Under the pieces are notes generated by a model, which saw only the letters and a list, made by a program, of their open reading frames with translations, was not told the origin of the DNA and searched no databases. Below, piece by piece: positions 40,298-48,273 of a DNA stretch of 64,000 bases (its first letter is position 1; every line of letters begins with the position of its first letter). The translations under genes and the position numbers were made by a program. Source of the DNA: Patescibacteria group bacterium (GTDB lineage: Bacteria; Patescibacteriota; WWE3; UBA101185; UBA10185); NCBI GenBank assembly GCA_049322215.1, contig JBMORU010000001.1, positions 772,023 through 836,022 of the forward strand, written 5' to 3'.

Positions 40298-41947
40298 ATG
40301 GATAAGTGCCCAAACACAAAATATGTTTTTGTTACCGGAGGAGTAATTTCTGGTTTAGGAAAAGGTACTGCAACTTCCTCCATAGCACTTCTTTTAAAGT
40401 CCGCAGGATATAACGTTTCAGCCCTAAAAGCTGATATGTATTTAAATATTGATGCAGGAACAATGAACCCGGTAGAACACGGAGAAGTTTTTGTAACTGA
40501 TGATGGAATGGAAACCGACCAAGACATAGGTAACTACGAAAGATTTTTAAATAGAGATTTGTCTAAACATAACTACATGACCATGGGACAAATTTACTAC
40601 GATTTAATTACTCGAGAGCGTGCTTTTGAATTTGAAGGAAAAACAGTACAAGGTCATGTGCACGTTCCTGAAGAAATTATAAATAGATTAGAGTTGGCAG
40701 CCAACAAAGATAGGGCAGATATTATGATGGTAGAAGTTGGAGGCACTGTAGGAGAATATCAGAATATTTTATTTTTTGAAGCTGTAAGGCGTTTAAAGCA
40801 AAAGTGTCCAAACAATGTTTACATAATACATTTAGTTTACTTATTAACTCCAAATCATATAGGTGAAATGAAAAGTAAGCCAGCACAAGCTTCAATTTAT
40901 GATTTATACAAGTTGGGCTTAAGCCCGGATATTGTTTTATGCCGAAGTGGTGAATCTATAGATGAAAAAAGAAAAAATACCCTTTCATTTAATACCGGGG
41001 TTCCCCAACATCATATATTTGCGGCTCCAAACATTTCTAGCATATACAAAATACCACAAGTTTATGCTGCACAAGGGCTAGATGACACTTTACTAGACAT
41101 AATGAAACTTGAAAGAAAATCAAATGATTTAATAAAATGGGATGCACAAGTAAAAAAAATGGAAGAGTCTACGAAAAAAGTAAAAATAGGAATTTTGGGT
41201 AAATATTTTGCATCTGGCAGTTTTTCATTAGCGGATGCCTATTTATGCGTTATCGAGGCTTTAAAACATGCGGGGGCTGAGTTGGGGGTAATACCGGAAA
41301 TAGAAGCAATTAATGTAGAAGAATATACAGACGAAGAATTGTCACAACTCGATGGAGTAATAGTTCCTCAAGGGTGGGGAAGCAGAGGCGTAGAAGACAA
41401 AGTTAGGGCAATTAAATATGTTAGAGAAAACAAAGTTCCATTTTTAGGTTTATGCTTTGGCATGCAAATGGCAGTAATTGAATACGCACGTGATATTTTA
41501 GGTTTATCAGAAGCAAACACCCTAGAGGCTAATCCAGATACTCCTGACCCAGTTATTTATATAATGCCCGACCAAGAAAAATACTTAAAAGAAAAAAATT
41601 ATGGCGGAACTATAAGACTAGGTGCCTGGCCATGTAAATTAAGTGAAAATTCTACAATATTAGAGTCTTACAAAAAATATGCCCCAAATATGTTAGAAGA
41701 AAATATAGTTAACGAAAGACACCGCCATAGATACGAAGTTAACAATGATTACAAAGAGAAACTACAAGCAGCCGGGCTGATTATTAGTGGAACTTCTCCC
41801 GATGATAAGCTAGCAGAAGCTATTGAATTGCCAAAAGATAAGCACCCATTTTTTGTAGCTACTCAATTTCACCCTGAGTATAAATCAAGACCCTTGCGTC
41901 CACATCCTTTGTTTTGCTCATTTTTAGAAGCCTGTACAAGTAAATAA
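40298..41947 (+). CDS. pyrG: CTP synthase
   Basis: KYVFVTGGVISGLGKG, HGEVFVT.DG.ETD, EVGGTVG, GLCFGMQ, RHRHRYEVN, QFHPE. Confidence 0.97.
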   Translation: MDKCPNTKYVFVTGGVISGLGKGTATSSIALLLKSAGYNVSALKADMYLNIDAGTMNPVEHGEVFVTDDGMETDQDIGNYERFLNRDLSKHNYMTMGQIYYDLITRERAFEFEGKTVQGHVHVPEEIINRLELAANKDRADIMMVEVGGTVGEYQNILFFEAVRRLKQKCPNNVYIIHLVYLLTPNHIGEMKSKPAQASIYDLYKLGLSPDIVLCRSGESIDEKRKNTLSFNTGVPQHHIFAAPNISSIYKIPQVYAAQGLDDTLLDIMKLERKSNDLIKWDAQVKKMEESTKKVKIGILGKYFASGSFSLADAYLCVIEALKHAGAELGVIPEIEAINVEEYTDEELSQLDGVIVPQGWGSRGVEDKVRAIKYVRENKVPFLGLCFGMQMAVIEYARDILGLSEANTLEANPDTPDPVIYIMPDQEKYLKEKNYGGTIRLGAWPCKLSENSTILESYKKYAPNMLEENIVNERHRHRYEVNNDYKEKLQAAGLIISGTSPDDKLAEAIELPKDKHPFFVATQFHPEYKSRPLRPHPLFCSFLEACTSK

Positions 41948-42024
41948 CTACAAGTCTTCAGTTTGGCCTTTAAAAATGTTATTATTCCTTACTTAAACAA
42001 ATAACCTATAAGGAGAGAAACAAA

Positions 42025-42390
42025 ATGTCACTTACCATTAAAGTTATTGTTCCGAAGCAGTTAGTAATGTCACTGCTAGAAAGTCAGGGGCCTTTAAGCC
42101 CATTAGCTGAGTTTATTGTATTCGAGCTTTTTCCTCAGTCTGTTTTAAACGAATTTGCCGAAGGGTTTACTGGGGAAGAGCTTTTGATGTACCTTAAGCT
42201 CGATCATGATTTGGAAGGCCACCGCGATGACACTTGGGATGATTGGTTAAAACACACTGAAGATTGCAAGGTGTGTAAAGCAGTACTGCATGCAATTGAA
42301 GTTAAAGTTGCAGCAAAAAACATGCCTAAAAAGACCATGACTATTGATGAGGCAATTGCTAGATTACGCCCTTTTTTGGAAAATAATTAG
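42025..42390 (+). CDS. HxxxCxxC (ZAS-like) paralog family protein, copy 2
   Basis: WLKHTEDCKVC; TAAGGAG SD. Confidence 0.75.
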   Translation: MSLTIKVIVPKQLVMSLLESQGPLSPLAEFIVFELFPQSVLNEFAEGFTGEELLMYLKLDHDLEGHRDDTWDDWLKHTEDCKVCKAVLHAIEVKVAAKNMPKKTMTIDEAIARLRPFLENN

Positions 42391-42415
42391 CAGAAATTTA
42401 GGCGAAGTTATTTTA

Positions 42416-42444
42416 TTGACACACTATAGGGTATGTTATATAAT
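42416..42444 (+). promoter_or_regulatory. consensus sigma70 promoter with ACTATAGGGTAT in the spacer
   Basis: TTGACA-17-TATAAT exact consensus. Confidence 0.85.
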
Positions 42445-42495
42445 TCTCGCACCTAAATTGGTAAATCAAATAAACACACAAATAAGGAGATAACC

Positions 42496-42834
42496 ATGTT
42501 TATGCAACTTGGTGGAAACGACGATGAAGGTGGTTTTTTTGAAGAGCTTATGAGAATGGTTACTTTGCGGCGTTTGATGTCCCTGGTATCCCAGACTGAT
42601 CCCAGTTCGATTGAACCAGAAAGAATCGCCCGGCATCTTGCTGTCGAGAAAGAGCTGTTTGGTGATGAAACTTTTGGTGACTGGGTTGCTCACGCAACGG
42701 TCAGAGGCTGCCCCGGCTGTGCTCCCATGTACAAAGCACTGTTGTTGCACATCCCTGCTGAAAAGTTGCCCAAAAATAATATGCCGTACAGCCAGGCTGC
42801 CGACCAGCTCATTGCTCAGTTGAATAAGCTGTAA
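42496..42834 (+). CDS. HxxxxCxxC (ZAS-like) paralog family protein, copy 3
   Basis: WVAHATVRGCPGC; TAAGGAG SD. Confidence 0.75.
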   Translation: MFMQLGGNDDEGGFFEELMRMVTLRRLMSLVSQTDPSSIEPERIARHLAVEKELFGDETFGDWVAHATVRGCPGCAPMYKALLLHIPAEKLPKNNMPYSQAADQLIAQLNKL

Positions 42835-42844
42835 TTTCGGACCC

Positions 42845-42895
42845 AGGTATTTGTTATTAGTCACTAAACTATACTAATAGCAAATACCTTTTTTT
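42845..42895 (+). repeat. 51 bp terminator hairpin, copy A
   Basis: 50/51 identical to 43384-43434; 17 bp stem plus T run. Confidence 0.9.
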
Positions 42896-42986
42896 TGTTT
42901 TAAAAGCTTTACTTACCGCTATAGGGCATGGTATTATCCAACAACAAATTCCGCTTTTCAAATAAAAAAATAAGGAGTAGACACAA

Positions 42987-43370
42987 ATGTCAATTTTTAA
43001 ATCACTTCTTGGTGATGATGACGACGAAGAAATTGGTGGTATGACCGTGCATATTATTGGTTTTGGTGAGTCAGATGATGACGCTCCAGGCGGGTTGTTT
43101 GGGCTACTATCGCTGTTAGCCGGAGCCATTGGCCCAAATCCAGAAAACCTTCCAAATCAAAAAATCATTGACCACCTCAATGGCAAGCGCGAAGACTTTG
43201 CTGATAAAAAGGTTGGACATTGGTATTCTCATGCGCTACTTTGCCCCATGTGTCACAGCATGATGGAAGCTTTGGTCGAGCGTCTTGATAGTGAGCAAAT
43301 GCCCGAAGGAGATGAACCTTTTGGCGTTGGTGCTGACATGATCATTAAGGCCCTTAAAGCCCTCAAGTAG
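42987..43370 (+). CDS. HxxxCxxC (ZAS-like) paralog family protein, copy 4
   Basis: WYSHALLCPMC; TAAGGAG SD. Confidence 0.78.
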   Translation: MSIFKSLLGDDDDEEIGGMTVHIIGFGESDDDAPGGLFGLLSLLAGAIGPNPENLPNQKIIDHLNGKREDFADKKVGHWYSHALLCPMCHSMMEALVERLDSEQMPEGDEPFGVGADMIIKALKALK

Positions 43371-43383
43371 CTTTCGCCCATAA

Positions 43384-43434
43384 AGGTATTTGTTATTAGT
43401 CACTAAACTATACTAATAGCAAGTACCTTTTTTT
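43384..43434 (+). repeat. 51 bp terminator hairpin, copy B
   Basis: One A>G difference from copy A, which retains pairing as G-U. Confidence 0.9.
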
Positions 43435-43509
43435 ATCTCAATTTACAGAATGCTATGGGGCATGTTAAAATGTTGAAACAAATACAGATCTAAAAAGGAG
43501 TAGTAAATT

Positions 43510-43911
43510 ATGTGGCGGAAAATTTTGAAGCTACTGAAGATAGAAGCAATACTAGAGCGAAATAATGCAAAAAAAGCAACGTTTCGCGCAGAAGTTACGG
43601 TGCCCGCTAACATGAGTTCTCAGGATTTAGCCTTACTAAAATACATTATGGAAGCTTTGGCGCCAAAACCTGACGACATTACCATTGACGAAATCATTGA
43701 GCACCTTAACGATAAACGAAAATTGTTTAAAGGACAGCAAATGCGCCATTGGTATAGCCATGCAATTGCATGCCCTGTGTGCCGTGCTATGGGAGAAGCG
43801 ATGAGTCGTTTTGTACCTGAAAGCAGTAGACCTGCTGGCCGTATGACGTTTGATGCTGGGGCTGATTTGCTTATTGCACAATTAGAATTGGCAAAAGCTA
43901 AAAACAGCTAA
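43510..43911 (+). CDS. HxxxCxxC (ZAS-like) paralog family protein, copy 5
   Basis: WYSHAIACPVC; AAAGGAG SD; terminator 43921-43969. Confidence 0.78.
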   Translation: MWRKILKLLKIEAILERNNAKKATFRAEVTVPANMSSQDLALLKYIMEALAPKPDDITIDEIIEHLNDKRKLFKGQQMRHWYSHAIACPVCRAMGEAMSRFVPESSRPAGRMTFDAGADLLIAQLELAKAKNS

Positions 43912-44034
43912 TTTAGTAATAAGCATTTACTGTTAATTTCTTAGGCAATTAATAGTAGATGCTTTTTTTATATTTGCGTTACTCAGTACCCTATAGTATA
44001 ATAAGCGTAATTTACAACTAAATAAGGAGTTGGT

Positions 44035-44343
44035 ATGAGAGAGTTAATAGACAAACTTGACTCCCCGGTGGTAAGAATAATAACAACATTAAGGACAGAG
44101 CTGTTTGGTTCCCCATCACTTGAAAAAATTATAGCTAACATGGAACCAAACGAAGAGCACTATGGCTCTATGCCTTTATTGTTTTGGCTTATTCACTCCT
44201 TGGGGTGTGTAAACTGCAACTATTACGCAAATTTTGTTTTAAGTCATTTCGAAAAAACCAGTCACAAAGAAATCATGTCAACTAACTTTAGTGTGGTTTT
44301 AGAAATGCTAAGACAAAAAGCTAAAAAAACAAAGGTGAGGTAA
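44035..44343 (+). CDS. HxxxCxxC (ZAS-like) paralog family protein, copy 6
   Basis: WLIHSLGCVNC; TTGCGT-17-TATAAT promoter; TAAGGAG SD. Confidence 0.72.
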   Translation: MRELIDKLDSPVVRIITTLRTELFGSPSLEKIIANMEPNEEHYGSMPLLFWLIHSLGCVNCNYYANFVLSHFEKTSHKEIMSTNFSVVLEMLRQKAKKTKVR

Positions 44344-44345
44344 AA

Positions 44346-44639
44346 ATGGACGAATCCCGGTTAGAAGCAGTTAAGTTTCGAGTAGCAAATTTTGCTATCG
44401 AAACATTGGCAAAATTGTTTCCCCCAACGTTAGAACGAATTATTAAGCACATGGAAACGTTGCGTGAAAAATACAACGACCGCTTTGTGTTACTTTGGGA
44501 AACAGAAGCCCGAGGCCTTAGTATGTTTTATGCCCGCGCCTTAGAAAACTACCTTGATGCTCATGGGCTCGTAGAACTAGAGGTTGAAGACTTCAACGTA
44601 GCAATAGCCCAGTTAAAAAAGCGAAACAAAACCAGCTAA
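44346..44639 (+). CDS. paralog family protein lacking the Zn ligands, copy 7
   Basis: LFPPTLERIIKHME..Y....LLW aligns with copy 6 (LFGSPSLEKIIANME..Y....LFW) but has no H/CxxC; terminator 44645-44695. Confidence 0.65.
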   Translation: MDESRLEAVKFRVANFAIETLAKLFPPTLERIIKHMETLREKYNDRFVLLWETEARGLSMFYARALENYLDAHGLVELEVEDFNVAIAQLKKRNKTS

Positions 44640-44726
44640 GTGCCAAGGACACCTGTAATTTGATTTAAACCAAATTGCATGTGTCCTTTTTTTTTGCACT
44701 TATTTGTTATAATCAAACAGTTATTT

Positions 44727-44816
44727 GGGCGGGTGGCGGAAATGGTATACGCGCAACGTTGAGGACGTTGTGGGCTGTTAAAGCCCTTGCAGGTTCAAGT
44801 CCTGTTCCGCCCACCA
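44727..44816 (+). tRNA. tRNA-Leu(GAG)
   Basis: caacg-tt-GAG-ga-cgttg, long variable arm, CCA. Confidence 0.93.
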
Positions 44817-44944
44817 AGCTGTTGCTTTGTTTGCAAAGCTTACAGATTGGGGTGCATTAAGAGCGCTAACGATGAATTGCCACCAACGTTATATTCCAAA
44901 CTTTACACATACAAACCCATAACATATAATCATCACATTCCGCT

Positions 44945-46021
44945 ATGAAGCTAATAATATTCGCAGGGGGAACCGGCACAAGATTTTGGCCATTTTCCCG
45001 AAAAAATTATCCGAAGCAGTTTAAAAAAATATTTAATGGTGAATCTACGCTTCAGCTTGCTGTTTCACGTTTAGAAAAAACTTTTGGTACAGACAATATT
45101 TATATAAGTACAAATGAAAACTATGTTTCTATAGTTAAAGAACAGTTGCCTCAAATTTCTTTAGCAAATGTTTTTGCAGAGCCAGAAAAGCGCAATGTAG
45201 GCCCTGCTGTGGGATACTGTTTAACTAGACTTAAAAAGGTTGGCTACAAAGGACCCGTTGCAATTTTGTGGGCAGATCACTTAATAGAAAACGTAGCTGA
45301 ATTTATTCATGCGTTAAAAAAGGGCAAAGATTTAATATACGAAAATCCAAAACGACTTGTGTTTATAAGCGAAGAACCTCGCTACGCTGAAAACAATTTA
45401 GGTTGGATTCACATTGGTAAAAAAATTCAAAAAGGCGTGTATGAGTTTAAAGAGTGGCACTATAAACCACCTTTAGAAAAGTGCAAAGAAATGTTTGACT
45501 CCGGAGAGTGGAAGTGGAACCCTGGGTATTTTATTGTCGACCTTGAATTTACGTTAAGTTTATATGAAAAGCATGTTCCTGAAATATTTAAGGGTCTTCA
45601 AAAAATTGAAAAAGCATTAGGAACTGTTGAAGAAAATAAGGCGATAAAAAGGATTTATCCAAAATTTGAAGCAATTCATTTTGATAGGGCAATTGCAGAA
45701 AGAATTCCTAATAACATGGCTGTTGTGGTAACTGTAAATATGGGCTGGGCTGACCCGGGAACCTTATATGCCTTAAAGGAAGCCAAGGTAAAAAGCAAAG
45801 AGGAAAACTTACAGGAGGGGCTAGTTGTACTACATGAAACCAAAGATTCAGTAGTAATAAATGAAGACAAACACAAATTAGTTGCCGCAGTAAAGTTAAA
45901 CGGAATGGTAGTAGTAAACACGCAAGACGCATTGATAGTTGTGCATAAAGATAATGTTTTAGAAACAACAGACTTGCTGAAAAAGCTGGAAAAAAATAAA
46001 AAGTTTGCAAAGTTTGTTTAG
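44945..46021 (+). CDS. mannose-1-phosphate guanylyltransferase
   Basis: AGGTGTRFWP.SR..PKQF, EP.KRN, ADH, WNPG, GW.D.G. Confidence 0.88.
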   Translation: MKLIIFAGGTGTRFWPFSRKNYPKQFKKIFNGESTLQLAVSRLEKTFGTDNIYISTNENYVSIVKEQLPQISLANVFAEPEKRNVGPAVGYCLTRLKKVGYKGPVAILWADHLIENVAEFIHALKKGKDLIYENPKRLVFISEEPRYAENNLGWIHIGKKIQKGVYEFKEWHYKPPLEKCKEMFDSGEWKWNPGYFIVDLEFTLSLYEKHVPEIFKGLQKIEKALGTVEENKAIKRIYPKFEAIHFDRAIAERIPNNMAVVVTVNMGWADPGTLYALKEAKVKSKEENLQEGLVVLHETKDSVVINEDKHKLVAAVKLNGMVVVNTQDALIVVHKDNVLETTDLLKKLEKNKKFAKFV

Positions 46022-46119
46022 GTTGAATTAAAAGAAACGACTGCTATAATAGCTTTGCTGTTTGTATATAGCACGCGAGAGTGACGCAACTGCGTTGCTA
46101 CCTCTCGCTCACTACGTTT

Positions 46120-46194
46120 GCGAGAGTAGCTCAGTGGTAGAGCGCCTCCTTGCCAAGGAGGAGGCCGCGGGTTCAAATCCCGTCTCTCGCTCCA
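46120..46194 (+). tRNA. tRNA-Gly(GCC)
   Basis: GCGAGAG/CTCTCGC acceptor, cctcc-tt-GCC-aa-ggagg, CCA. Confidence 0.93.
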
Positions 46195-46197
46195 ATA

Positions 46198-46617
46198 CTA
46201 TTGCTTAAAGCTTTTAATAAAATTTTTAAAAAACTTCGCTACTGGAATAGGTCTTATCACTAAATTTTCAACCAAATCTAACGAAACCCATTGCGGTTTA
46301 TAAATATTGCTTGGATTATTAGCCATTTTCTTCATTTCTACAGAATTACCTAGGGTAACTTCACCACTAATATATTCACATAAAAATAGGTTTTGTTCTT
46401 TTCCACTGGTGTGTGTAAATGTGCCTAAAAGTTTTAAGGGTTTAACTTTAATGCAGGTTTCTTCTAAAAGTTCTCTAATTACTGTGTTTTCAAGCGTTTC
46501 GTTTGGTTCAACTTTCCCGCCTGGTATCGAATAGTACTTAGCGCCCTTTTTTTCTCTATACATTAATAAAACTGCATTATCTTTAATAACTATTCCTCGT
46601 GCTGATATTTTTTTCAT
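46198..46617 (-). CDS. NUDIX hydrolase
   Basis: [23 protein letters not shown]; ATG 46617 follows TATAAT. Confidence 0.9.
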   Translation of the reverse strand: MKKISARGIVIKDNAVLLMYREKKGAKYYSIPGGKVEPNETLENTVIRELLEETCIKVKPLKLLGTFTHTSGKEQNLFLCEYISGEVTLGNSVEMKKMANNPSNIYKPQWVSLDLVENLVIRPIPVAKFFKNFIKSFKQ

Positions 46618-46631
46618 TGGTAGATTATAAC

Positions 46632-47327
46632 TTAAAGGGAGAGCAACCACACATTATTGTCTTTATCCTCTATAGCGTAGTCTGTAATGCCAACTTTTTT
46701 GAAACCGTTTTTTTCTAAAACTTTTTCCGATGCAATATTACCCCTTTCTGTGTATGCAGTTATACAAATTGGCATAGAAGCCGATATATTTAAAGCTTTG
46801 AAGTAAGCTATTGATTCTCTTAATCCATGGTAAGCAACACCTAGGTTTTCTTTTTGTAAAAAATGTGTACGCGCGTCTATAAAGGAATTACTATCAGACC
46901 AGGCTTTAAAAAGCTTGCAGTAACTTGTTTCAAGTATAAGTGCATGTTTAGGTATGCTTAATTCATTTTTAATACTTTCAGGTAATATTTCATCTTCATA
47001 AAACTGAATCCAACCAACTAATTTATTTTCGGTATCAACAATTGCCCAAATTAATCTAGGATCTTCTTCATGAAAAGGCTTTACATTTAATAAGTAGTCA
47101 ATATCTTCTGCAGAAGAGGGGTCACCTCCCATAAACTTAAGCACGTTTGGGTTTTTGTCCATATCAGTTAGTCTTTGAGTATCTTCTGAGTTAGAGGGAT
47201 TAAACTGTCTTAAAGAATATGGGGAACTAGGGTCACTCTTCCACGGTGTATCTAAATTACCAAAAACTGCATAATTATTGGCAAAATCGTGGAGATTTTG
47301 TTCACTTTGGTTATTGTTAATTTGCAT
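46632..47327 (-). CDS. GNAT (RimJ/RimL-like) N-acetyltransferase
   Basis: LRQF, LVGWI, NIASEKVLEKNGF. Confidence 0.75.
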   Translation of the reverse strand: MQINNNQSEQNLHDFANNYAVFGNLDTPWKSDPSSPYSLRQFNPSNSEDTQRLTDMDKNPNVLKFMGGDPSSAEDIDYLLNVKPFHEEDPRLIWAIVDTENKLVGWIQFYEDEILPESIKNELSIPKHALILETSYCKLFKAWSDSNSFIDARTHFLQKENLGVAYHGLRESIAYFKALNISASMPICITAYTERGNIASEKVLEKNGFKKVGITDYAIEDKDNNVWLLSL

Positions 47328-47344
47328 ACTACTGTAATAAACCC

Positions 47345-47420
47345 TGGTGGGGAGGGAGGGACTCGAACCCTCATAGCCGGTTTTTCAGACCGGTGCCGTG
47401 ACCATCTTGGCTACCGCCCC
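47345..47420 (-). tRNA. tRNA-Phe(GAA)
   Basis: Minus strand GGGGCGG...ccggt-ct-GAA-aa-accgg...GGTTCGAGTCC...CCA; one acceptor-stem mismatch. Confidence 0.85.
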
Positions 47421-47557
47421 TTAGCGAAAACATTTTATCAAGAACCAAAGTATAATACCACACTAAGTAAGTTTAAGACCTATAGCACTAGGAGGAATAA
47501 GACATTTGGTGTATAATTACAAAAGTCAATTTTGATATATCACAAAAGGAGTACGTG

Positions 47558-47809
47558 ATGAAAGATTCTAGAAAAAAACTACTTAGTCAGGTAGTTGGCA
47601 CCACTGGGTTTGAAAAAATCACTCTCAGAGGAAATGCAACTACGGATGAAAGTCGTGAAGCTCAGCTGCAAGAACTTGATAGGCGCGTTCTCAATTGGGC
47701 GGCAGTATTAGGTATGTTTAGGCAACCAAAACCTGCACCCAAACAGAAAGGCGTTAAACCCGGCCCCAATGCACAAAAGCTAGCGCAAGAATTCATGAAT
47801 AGCGTCTAG
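47558..47809 (+). CDS. hypothetical protein (SD-led orphan)
   Basis: TATAAT 47512-47517, AAAGGAG SD, long hairpin at about 47816-47886. Confidence 0.65.
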   Translation: MKDSRKKLLSQVVGTTGFEKITLRGNATTDESREAQLQELDRRVLNWAAVLGMFRQPKPAPKQKGVKPGPNAQKLAQEFMNSV

Positions 47810-47894
47810 CAACAAAAAGATAGAGGGTAGAAGTACGCAAATCCTCAAATAAAAGCAAGGTGTAACTGCTTTTATCCTCTATCTTTATCTTTTT

Positions 47895-48221
47895 TTACAA
47901 ACTTAACGCAATAGTAAAAAGAATTACTACAAACAAAGCTAAAAATCCAACAGTATGAAAAACAAGCTTAATAGCTTCCTCTACTTTTTTATCAAGGTAT
48001 AACTTGAAAGGATTATAAAACATAATTAGTCCACAAATCATGGCTGAGGTAGAAAATAATGTTAAAAACATAACTGGACCCAAATAACGTGGTGGTTCTG
48101 CCATAACTTCGTTTCCCTTCCAAAATAGCAAACTTATAAATGATATATAAGCTAAAATTCCTAGGGCTTGCATTAAGGCTAGTTTAGTTATTTCAGTTTT
48201 ATTTTTCTTTTTAAAAAACAT
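47895..48221 (-). CDS. small 3-TM membrane protein
   Basis: Three hydrophobic segments; ATG 48221 follows TATAAT. Confidence 0.7.
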   Translation of the reverse strand: MFFKKKNKTEITKLALMQALGILAYISFISLLFWKGNEVMAEPPRYLGPVMFLTLFSTSAMICGLIMFYNPFKLYLDKKVEEAIKLVFHTVGFLALFVVILFTIALSL

Positions 48222-48273
48222 GGAGATTGAACACATTATATATTTTTAAAGGTAAATTGTATACTTAGCATGT

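Noticed and set aside
42419-42431. ACACACTATAGGG resembles T7/SP6/K11 phage RNA polymerase promoter ends (CACTATAGGG)
   Set aside because: The upstream specificity region is not conserved among copies, the motif occurs in both orientations inside sigma70 promoters, and no single-subunit RNAP is in the window.
42845-43434. CRISPR array
   Set aside because: Only two 51 bp copies separated by a whole gene; no cas genes.
42466-43881. Antisense and alternative-frame ORFs over the paralog array (42466, 42611, 42869, 43636)
   Set aside because: No SD or promoter; they shadow better-supported plus-strand genes.
39417-44695. Integron cassette array
   Set aside because: No integrase; hairpins lack attC R-box ends, carry T tails and have G-U-type mismatches typical of RNA terminators; genes have their own promoters.
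44675-47516. ORFs 44675..44860 and 47289..47516
   Set aside because: They overlap tRNA-Leu and tRNA-Phe and are artefacts.
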